A DNA stretch of 64,000 nucleotides from Eledone cirrhosa (Eukaryota): contig OZ024743.1 of NCBI GenBank assembly GCA_964016885.1, forward strand, positions 304,420,001 through 304,484,000, given 5' to 3'. Positions within the stretch are counted from its first letter, which is position 1; each line of letters begins with the position of its first letter. The notes below the pieces were generated by a model. The model worked only from the letters and a program-made list of their open reading frames with translations, did not search any database and had not been told where the DNA came from. This document shows, in pieces, positions 53,430-64,000 of this stretch. The position numbers were made by a program, and so were the translations under genes.

Positions 53430-54789
53430 CGGATGTTTGTTTATATAGTTTACATGTTATACAATTTCTAGATTTCGTATGAGCTATTGTGTATAACTAT
53501 ATTAATATAAGTATACATTACTATAACATTTTTAAATGACTAAAAGCCCCAGCAATAAATATATTGAACCCAGCGTTTTTTTCAAAAGGTTTACTCTGTA
53601 AGTGACGTTCATCATTCAATCACTGTAAGATCTGTTTTCTATTTCACAAGAAATCAAGGCTTTAGCCCTGATTTCAACTATTTAGTCAAAGTCTAACAAA
53701 AGCATAATCTTTAGTTGAAGTCACCTTAAAACCTGGAATTGAAGGAACAGACTATGAACTTTAAGTTTTATATTTTCTTTTCTTTTCCTAAGAGTGAGAT
53801 TTCAGAATTTCAAAAACTGGGACCATATATTTTACCGAAATGTTTGTAGCCTTTATTGAAGGTCGAACAATCCTTATATACACATTGTTTGGGCTGCAAA
53901 TTATCTGACACAATGATTTCAAAACTTACCACGGAACACAATATATCACTATATTTAGATATATATTTTCTCCATTTCGGGTTCTGCATGTCTGACCAGC
54001 TAAAAGAAAACCAATTAACAGCTGTAACAACATATATACATTAAGCAACTGTTTAAAATATATCATTTAATATCAGCCATAAACAGCAAAATATAGAATA
54101 ATGTGAAATATAAAATAAAATATATATCGTAGTAAAAATATATTTGAAGATAATGTCATTGTTTTTGCCCTCAATTTACTTTAGTGTTACTTTCCTCATA
54201 ATACACAAAATAAAAAATAAAAACAACGTATCAAGTGTATCAAAAATCTATGAAACTACTTGATATGTGTCAGTTAGTATATGCGTGATTGAATGCTAAT
54301 TGATGATTATTTCTTTCTGATTTTGCCATGGTGTCAGTTGAGATATCTAGTTGTGTATGTATTAATATGTGTGAGAAATGATGCCGATCTGTGTCGCGTA
54401 CGATTTGCGAAAAACATAACTGTTTTCTAAGGCTATTTATCTGTCTAACTCTTAGTTGTATTTCGAAATCTAAAGAAAATCATCCACACTCTTTTCTTCT
54501 CGCCCTTTATCATTCTTTTTTCGTTACTTTCTTTCTCTATTTTATATTATTACATATCTTTACCTGATTGATTGATAGCTGAATTTTTAGACAGTTCGAA
54601 CTATCTATGTGATCATTGGTTTGTTAATCTCGTATATATTTTTGCTTGTGTGTCAAAATTGAAGGTACTTAATACACACACACTCACGCACGAACACACA
54701 AACACACACAAACAAATGCGTACATACTTTCAAACAAGCACACATACACACTCACAGCCACATACACACACACACATATATATATATAT

Positions 54790-55028
54790 ATATTATTCAA
54801 AATATTAATAAATGAAGACATTCACATAATCAAAATATATGTTTTATTATATATATTTCGAAGGTAGTGTGCTGTGTTTTCACTACGTCCTCGTCAGATA
54901 AAATACATTTATGTATTTTATCTGACAAGGACGTACTGAAAAAACAACACAGTACTTCGAAATATATATAGTAAAACATATATTTTGATTATGTGAATGT
55001 CTTCATTTATTAATATTTTGAATAATAT
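54790..55028. repeat. About 120-bp-arm palindrome with a hammerhead in each arm
   Basis: Minus 54843-54902: tttat-CTGACGA-ggacgtagtg..cactaccttc-GAAA-tatata-TA-ataaa; the plus copy at 54922 reads CTGACAA. Confidence 0.85.
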
Positions 55029-55108
55029 TAATAACTCCAGAAAACTTCTTTGTAGAGTGCTTTTAATCTATTAATCTATTGTAAAACAATATTCATATTA
55101 ATCTTTGG

Positions 55109-55219
<111 letters not shown>

Positions 55220-58162
55220 CAAATATATACACACATATATGTGTGTGTGTGTGTGTTTTCTAAAATATCTAACGTTGTCCAGGTTGAAACATAACTACAA
55301 ATATATCAAAGTTCGTCTTTTTTCTTTGTTGTGAATGCATATTGGATTAATTGGATCACGATTTTGTTCTGTTATGAAATATATTTTTGATATGAGATTT
55401 TCTTTTGTTTTTCTAAAATTGTTATGGCATAGCATTCTTGTCTCTGATGCACTGTGCCACAGATAGAATCTGAATGATTTACTTCACAATGTAATTGTGT
55501 AAGAGCCATCTAGTTAGTTTATGCGTAGAATTTATGAGCGTGGACCGAAGCTGGAGGGATAGTAATTTTAATTAATTTGAAACAATTATTGAACATAATG
55601 TTTAATCGTTTTCTGTTGAAGGATTTTAATTAATAACATCATAATAAAAGTTTGTAGAAACTGGAATATCGAGAGTTTAATCAACAATGGATGTTATATT
55701 ATTGTTATGATATGTAGAAAACGGAGTGCCCAGAGATAACGCACATGTCCGAATATTGAAACAATGAAGAAATCACATTAAGTGTTGAAATAAATAGTAG
55801 CATTATGTCATTAAATCAGTAAACACCATCGTTTTAGGAATTCTGTACAGGGTCATGAAAGCACTGTAGAATACAAAATCTGTTCTTGTTTGCCAAAAGG
55901 CATAGGAATAATGAGATGTAACCAGTTAATAATTCGAGAATATTCTATGTAAAACTGGTTAGGAGCAAAGCAGGATTATGGTTCTGCTCCACTTAGTGCT
56001 CTCTTTCTATCAATAACGATCTTGGATTAACTGTGACAGATCACCGACATACACGTTAATCTACTTTTCAAATATTTTCATTTGCGCAATTTTATAATTG
56101 AGAAAATACTTTGCCACACCATGTACGTTTTTAAATAATTTTTTTTTTTTTTTTATTAACACATTTATTTAACGGGGAAAATTGTGTACACCTAAACTAG
56201 TTCCATTAAATATTGTTCATACAATATTAAGACCAATATCATATATTAATGTCAAAATTCTAAGGCATGGGGAGTTAAAAGAAGATGTGCTCTTTGAAAA
56301 TAGTTAATTAAAACATTTGAGAGTTAATAAAAGTTCGCACAGAACTTTGTTATCGCGAGTTGTTATTGGAATATTGAAAGAAAGTTTTCGTTTTCTCAAT
56401 GCTCATTTGTATGAACTGCACCTAAACCTATTCAATTTGGTTCGTATCATATTATTAAGAATAACAGAGTCCATTGTAGTCAATATTGTAGGCTATGAAT
56501 TTAAAACAAATCTATATTACTTGAAAACTAATAAATTAAGACCATTTTAGAATTGCTTTATTCATAATAGTTCCGCGGTATATATGTTATCCTTTTGGAT
56601 TCGAGCAAGTATTATATCTCAAGAAACCCTTGTGGCCAATAAAGAAACCATTATAGCACAAGAAAGAACACCCTTTATATATGCGTGTCTATGGGTACAA
56701 ATCCCCAAAAATTATAAAAGCAAGTATACAACTACCTTAAATAAACCATTAAATTGAACACAGATCAATGTGTGTACAGTTTCATTATGTGGGGGAATAC
56801 AAAATAGTGTGCTAATCTGAGAAACAGTATTACGTCATACATTAGATTTTAAGATAAAATTTAATGGATGGTAAAGCGTTTGAGAAGGACATATTTATTA
56901 ATATATGTTATGATACCTGCTGTTCATTTTCTCTTGTTTTCTATTCCCATAAATTTACGTAACATATGCGCATGCACATTCAAACACATACATACATTTA
57001 TTTTACTCGTAAAATATCACAGGTCTATTGGCACCATGATCATCTCCAGAAAAAAATATATCCTACTTGATAACCTGACGTTACCCGTATATGTAAATTA
57101 TTTATTCTCTTTGCTGGAAATTAATGATTAAGGACGTGAATTGAAAATGCTCAGCCAATAAAAGATAGATAGGATGGAAGGAATGAAATTGGCTCAACAT
57201 TTATTTCAATCTTTCGTACCCAAGAATTATTTACAACACACCATGCTGAATTATTATACCATTGTATGACTGGCTATTATACATACAATAGACCTTCGAA
57301 CGTCAACAACTAAATTGCCATTTACCCCACAGAAGGTTCTATAAGAAAAGAAGGCGCCATGTTGTTCAAAGTAGATTTAATAGTATCGTATACAAAGCCA
57401 TTTGTGCTAAAATGCATTTAAAACATTGGCAGAAACGTTCAATGGCGTCACAATTTCTTTCAGTAAGAATAGGAGTTATATCTTCGCATTTATCACATAA
57501 GCATTCGTTAATTAGATCATGTTTGTCTGTCTTTGCCATAGTTGTGTATTCATTCTGATGTTCATTTTTTTTTTTTTTCATTTTCATTTTTATTCCTGTT
57601 TTTCTATACATTATTTTATTGTGTTTTCCTTTTGTAATTTAGTTTATTTCATACGTACGAATATAAAACATATAAATATGTTTCTGTTGCTATAAGTACA
57701 TATCCGCAAAGAGAAGCATCATGAACGAATGGATAAATATAACATAGCGTCTACGACACAGTAGGTATTATAGACATTCAGCCTTTCAACTATCTTTCTG
57801 CCTATTACATCAGAATTGAAGCCATTGAGGCTTAAGTTATATTTCTGCATTGCCATTGAAATACAAAGTAGCTTTTTTCTGAATTTCTATACTTTAAATT
57901 CTAACGCAGGCTCATACACACACTTGCCTAAACTTCATGTCATACATGCACATAAAATGTTGCTTCCTTATACGGAATTATATGTTTGTATGCTGGTGTA
58001 GAAATAAATGCAATGAATACATATCTTTATACATATATATATAGATAGATAGACCCATACACACACCCATTTCAAATTATCTATACATTTTTTCAAATAT
58101 GTATATGTATAGAGAGAAAAAGAGAGAGAGAAAAAATTGAAACATAAATGAATAGATATATT

Positions 58163-58345
<183 letters not shown>

Positions 58346-58583
58346 TGTTTCTTTATTAGCAACAGGGGCACAAAAGAAGGGGACAAATACAAAGGGGGAA
58401 GTTTACATACAAAAAAACGAGTAAAATGTTATCACAAATGCAATTTAAAAAGTTAGTCGACTTTCCCCAATAGAGGGAGACAGTTCATATGGGTAACACA
58501 TACCCCCGAAAAAATGTGCAACCCTCATCTCCAGGAGTACGAAGAGTTTGTACTCCTTTCCTCTCCTCCTCCTTTTCCTCAAC

Positions 58584-61500
58584 CTACAGGCGGATATAGA
58601 GAGAAGGCCCATTCACTCGGGCCATTCTCGCCACTTTCACCCACCTTTCATAAAACTTGCTGGGGTACAGCACCTCTCTCTCCATCCTGATTCTTCTTCC
58701 AATGTGGTATTTGAAAAAAATAATCAGTTGTTGGCCGGAGAGAAAGGTGTCTGACCTCAGCCCTTTCAACCTTGTCCACCATACAACCTCTTTCGCCATA
58801 GCTATCACACAAAGGAAAACCGCCTCTCCTTCGTGTTTGAAGGAGGTTGGCGGTTTGATCATGACAATGGACTCGGTGGTCAATCGGATTGGTCCCACCC
58901 GCGACAATAGTCGTTCTACATAGACCCACAGGTCAGTGACGCCCGGGCAGTATATGAATGCGTGCGCGACGGTTTCTTCGTCTCGCACGCAGCTCGGACA
59001 GATCTTTTTTGCAGAGTCCCTGTCCGGGCGCCCATGTCTGTAGTGTTTCTCTCGAACTGGTAGAGCTCCTCAGTAGCACTGCCAGGCCAGGGACTTTTGG
59101 AAGTTGTCTATCGGTCCCGGGCGGAAGGTCCTACCGAACAGACTGGCCAGTTCATCTTCCTCTACGCCTAGAGTTTCACCGAGCGCGTCGCCGCACTTGC
59201 TACGGATCAACCATCTATAGAATGACGAATTGGAGTCTCCACTGATCGCCGGGTCCGCCTGCCAGAAGGCTGTGAGCGCCTGAGCACATTCGATGTGCCA
59301 GTCGCCCATTTTCCTCGGTCTTTGCTTGACCCAGGACTGCAGCTCGGTCAGCGAAGGAATACGTAGAGATGCCGCAGCCTGAGCGCGTGTTTGCGCATCG
59401 TCAACCACGGCATCCCCAACCCTCCGTTAGAAGGGTGTTGGCAGCAGATGGATCTTCTCACCAAAGGAGCCCGCCTCTTCCAAAGGAATCGGAAGAGCAC
59501 GCGCTCCATTTTGGCGAGCGTTTTGGCTGGACAAGGCACGACGGTCAAGCGGTAGTAGATGGCGGACACTATAAAAGTGTTCGCCACCTCCGCTCGACCT
59601 TTCAAGGATAGTTTTCACTCGGCCCTCTTCTGGGTGAGTGCAAACACCTTGGCCGTCACTTCGTTCCAGTTCTTCTCCACCAGGAGGTCCGGACTAAACC
59701 AGACCCCGAGCAGCTTTTCCGGTCCTTCCGTCCAGCGTCCGACGACGCCATCGGAAGGCATCGGTTTGCCTCTCCACGATTCGAGTTGCAAACCGATGGA
59801 CTTGTCCCGGTTCAGCTTCGCTCCTGTGAAACTTTCGTATTCCTTCAGTGAGGTGCCGACTACCTCGATTTGCGAGGCGCTCGACAACCGTTACTGTCAC
59901 GTCGTTTTCCGCAGTCCCGGTTCCAGAGGGATGCCCTGCAATAGCTCCGACTTCCGCAGTAGTGGCTCGAGAGTCAGTACGTACAGAAGGGAGGAGAGAG
60001 GGCATCCCTGTCGAATGGATCGCGTAATATGGAACGGCTCCGAGAGGTAGCCGTTCACCTTGACCCTTGAGCAGATGTTGCTGTTGTGCATTGCAGCAAT
60101 CCAGCCACTGAACACGGGTCTGAAGCCTGCCGCCTCGAGCACCGCATCCAGGTAACGATGGTTACCCTATCGAAAGCCTTAGACTGATCCAAGTTGATCA
60201 GGGCATCACCGAAGCCGGGTTTATACCCTACCCTCTCTATGATGTATCGCATGAGGTGGAGGTTGTGGTGTATGGACCTGGTCGGGATTGCGCATGTCTG
60301 CGCTTCTCCCACCAGTTTCTCGACGACAAGCGCCAGCCTCTTTGGCAAGACCTTGGCCAAAATCTGTAACTCTGTGTTTAGCAGAGTTATGGGCCGGAAG
60401 TTGCCTATGTCATCCCCCTTATTCTCGTCCTTCCTGATTAGTGTGACCACGCCCCCGGTTACAGAACTGGGAATTCTCCCGTTCTGTTGCCAGTTGCAGT
60501 AGACCGCTTCCAAGAGACCGGATAATAAGTCCGGCATTGCTACGTAAACTTCGTAGGGTAGACCGTCGAGACCTGGAGATTTGCGTTTGCCGCATTGGCT
60601 CAGCGAGTCCCCTATCTCAGCGGCTGAAATCGGCTTTTCGCAGAACTTTGCCTCGCTGTCCGAGAGTCGCGGTAGGCCGTCGAGGTATGGACCGAAATCC
60701 ATAGCCCCTCCCGGCGCGCCGCCCCTCCCGAACAGTCGAGCAAAGTGCGGCTGAAATGCCGCACACATCTGCTTCGGCTCACGTATCACGCGTCCGTTTT
60801 GGTCCTTCAAAGACCGAATCGTGGACTTATTGCCACTTTTTGCCTCCGTCACACGGGCCCAGCTAACAGCTTTGGCTCCCTTGTTTCCCAGAGCACGTAT
60901 TTTGCTTCTGACAACGCAGCCCTCGTGCTTTGCGTCGAAGAACTGGTCCAAGGCCGTTCTCGTTGCTAGTACGCTGGCTACGTTGCCACTTATAATTGCC
61001 TCTTCTACTTTATCTACCAGTTCCTTCTCGGTTCTATTTATATCTAACGCTAATTCTTTACTAAGAACTATCGAGTCTAATCTAACTGCCCTCTTGAGAG
61101 AGTACCACCATCTGTTGTTGACAATGGCCCCTGTCAAGTGTTGTTTAACTAAAGTGATAATCCGTCTACTGTAGGCTTTGCTTATCGGTAACGACAAGTT
61201 CAGCTTCCAGTAGCCGGGTCCTCGTCTATGGGTTATATCAAGGTTTGCCATGCAGGTCACTAGTTTGTGATCTGAATAGCCAACCATGAACATTTGTGGA
61301 CAGATTAACATGTCCCTATCCTTATTTCTAACTAGAACCCTATCTAGGTACGATCTAGATGTTCCGCTACGATTACTCCACGTCCACAGTGGCGCAGTCG
61401 GAAAATCTAGTCAATATCTATCGGCCAGGTCAAATCGGTCGATTAACTGTTTGAGGCTGTTACACCCCCCCTTTATCTGGACATGCTCCCACATAGTCCC

Positions 61501-61947
61501 AACGTGCATCTAGCATTACATTCCAGTCCCTCACTAAAAGCAAGGAGCGGGACGTTCCCAGAAAAGTCTCTAGACGTTTGAAGAAGTCTGGCCGCGGTGT
61601 CCCGGAAGGAGCATATGCGGCCACCAGCCTGAAGGCTCCACCTTCACTACCGTCAACGTCTAGGACCACCAGTCGACCCCCGGGTCCAGATGTACCGTCT
61701 GTGTTACGAGGCCCAGGTGTTTCCGCAGCAAAACGGCAACTCCGCCGCCACCCCCCGGTTGACAGAGAGATGCGTAGATCTCAAAGTCATCGAAGATAGG
61801 GGCCAACTGTCGCTCGCTGTGGATCCTGGACTCGCAAATGGCTACCACATCCATACTGTGCGACCTGAGGTCGTTTAAGAGTTTGCCTTGTTTCCAGAGC
61901 ATCCCCAGGCCGCGTACGTTCACACATCCAACTCTTATATTGGCCAT
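58584..61947 (-). pseudogene. Tx1-like ORF2: AP endonuclease + RT + C-terminal Cys motif, several frameshifts
   Basis: MANIRVGCVNVRGL, AYAP, SDHK, GPGYWKLN, KSPGLDGLP, FRPITLLN, LDQSKAFDRV, SIRQGCPLS, GGLGMP, EETVAHAFIYC. Confidence 0.93.
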
Positions 61948-61980
61948 GTTGGTGCTGAAAAGTTAAAAGAGGAAAAGAGA

Positions 61981-63910
61981 TCACTCACCCTTCGTCTCCT
62001 GGGGACCAGGCCGCACGATTTCCATGGGGGTGTTGGAGGGGTTGTCTGGATGGGTGGTGGTTTCCGGCGGGGTGGGGACGGAGATGTTTGGTGGGGTGGG
62101 GTCTGGTGGGATGGGGGTGTCTGGGGTGGGGAGACATTTGAGAAGGACGCGGTTGACTGGTTTCACGCAGGAATTCCCCACATCCTTCTCAAATGTTTCT
62201 TTTAGGGACCTATAAGTTTGTATAGGGACCCTAATCAGTTTTAGGTTCAGTTTTTTGCTATTTTTAATAGAGTGGCCGAGAGTTTTCCCTTCTGTTTTCA
62301 CCGAAGGGTCGTTCGTGATGGTCTCCATTAGTGTTTTGTTTTCAGTGTTTATGTAAGTGTAAGTGTAATTTTCTTGTGTTGTGTTTGTTTTTGTCTGTAG
62401 TTCTTGTGTGTGCTTTCGTTTTGTTGTAGGTATTTTGTTTTCAGGAGGTGGGGGTTTTGTTTGTGATGTTTTTGTTGTTTGTGTTGGTGGTTGTATGTTT
62501 GTGGTAGTGTTTGCTGGTTTTTTGCTTTTGTGATGTCTTTTCTTTCTTTTCGAGCGATGGGGTTCTCCCTCGTCTTCACTGGGTGATGGCGAGATAGCCT
62601 CATCTGTTGTATCGTCTGTGTGAATGGGGAGGGGTATGTCTTGGGGAACTGTTGTGTCTGTATGTGATTTTGCAGTGGTTTTAGGTGTAGTGGGGTTAGG
62701 TGGGACTGTGTTTGTTGTGGTTGTTTTTGTGTGTTGGTGTTGTTGTTGTTGTGGTGGTGTTGGTGGTTGTGTTGTTTTGATGGGTGTCGGCAGAAGAGCC
62801 TTTTTTTATTCATTAATTTAGGACAGGAAGCCCTCAGGTGACCCCTGCTAAAGCAATGGTAACATGAAGGCCGCCTACTCTCAACCGAAAAGTTTATGTA
62901 GGTGAGTCCGTCCAGGAGTACACGTTGTGGGATCATAGCTATTCGCTCTGGGCTCATTTGCACCAGAACTTCAATGCTAGTCCCATTGAATACATCTCTG
63001 GGGGACTTTCCTACTGACAGTATTCTGTCTTCATCAAAATTGATGAAGCCGCACAGTATCCACCATATGTTTACCTTTGGTGTGACACTCGTGACTTTGA
63101 TCTTTTGTGCCCTTTTTCCCATGTATGTAGGGAAAAAGGTGTACAGGTTGGATACAATTGGCGACACAGAGTAATTTTGGGCCGTCAATTGATCCTTCAT
63201 GAGTACCGAAATACTCCCAAAAAGTTTGCTTCTTTGAATGAATGCAATATCATTCATTGAATTTTTGAAAACCAGTTCAATTTCTTTCTGTGACAATTGG
63301 ACTGGTTTTCAGGTAGAATTGGAAACTGTCCTAAAAACTATCGTTTTGAGAGCAGTTTCCTTGCGAATTTCTACCGGAGAATTGATGCTGAAAGCACCAT
63401 TTTTTTCGAAAGTGACATATCTCCTAGCGTCCTTTAAAAGTTGTTCAGCATTTCTTATGTCGAGATATATCAGTTCCTCCTTTTTTTGAACTGTCTGTGC
63501 AAAGGAGATTTGTGGTTTCTTTGTGGAATTATCCGTGTTGGTGGTGTTGTCATTATTGTTGTTATTGTTGTTGTTATTCTTGTTGTCACCGATGTTGATA
63601 TTATTCGTATTTTCCTTGGTGTTGTTGTTGTCTTTGATGATGGTGTTATTGGTGTTGTCTTTATTTTTTCTTTGTTGTTGTTATCATTGTTGTGTTTATC
63701 ATCATTATTGGTGTTGCTGGTATTTTTGTTGTCGTTGAACTGTTTGGTGTCATTTGTGTTGTTTGGATATGAATTTGTTTTTGCATTTTCATTTCGTCTT
63801 TCCATCTCTATAGTATCTATTGAGAAGGAAGGGGAAGAAGACGATGTTGACTGCGAGCTTTGTAGTCTTACCGCCTCTCCACCACCATTATCGCTGGACG
63901 CAGCGTTCAT
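61981..63910 (-). pseudogene. Tx1-like ORF1 (gag-like, zinc knuckle), frameshifted
   Basis: CYHCFSRGHLRASC (CX2CX4HX4C); pieces 63470-63910, 62349-63296 and 61981-62328; low-complexity N and C termini. Confidence 0.8.
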
Positions 63911-64000
63911 AACGTAATCAAACCTTTACAATATTTTTTCCAAGATTCGATGGAGAAAAAATTTTTTCAAACGGATATTTCGCCCCTGTAGGGGCGAAAA

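Larger units (their letters stand above)
58346..64000 (-). mobile_element. Near-full-length Tx1/L1-clade LINE (ORF1 + APE-RT ORF2), frameshifted
   Basis: ORF1 with CCHC knuckle, ORF2 APE-RT-Cys; 3' end ...gctAATAAAgaaac then (TATC)n; the 5' end probably lies at or beyond the window edge. Confidence 0.92.

Noticed and set aside
57300-57611. Short open frames on both strands, a possible host exon
   Set aside because: No recognisable domain or consistent splice structure.

Overview
Eukaryotic, AT-rich, microsatellite-dense animal DNA with no supportable host gene. The repeat content (tRNA-derived SINEs, Dong/R4-type LINE, abundant (TA)n/(CA)n/(GATA)n) suggests an octopus or other coleoid cephalopod; this is inference. 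Contents: one intact 1130-aa R4/Dong-type RT+RLE ORF; a frameshifted near-full-length Tx1/L1-like LINE plus an older relative; a near-complete Penelope-like element (PLE) with inverted pLTR; two truncated PLEs with Cys-rich GIY-YIG ends; RTE/RTE-X, Tigger and Helitron-like remnants; and about 16 SINE copies. The most striking pattern is a dozen or more (TA)n-embedded fold-back or tandem modules carrying type I hammerhead ribozyme motifs from several families. Two dissimilar modules have a UUGAAAA core, consistent with a compensatory U3-A8 pair. All folds and alignments were made by eye and coordinates are approximate. Most ORFs in the track are microsatellite or antisense artefacts.
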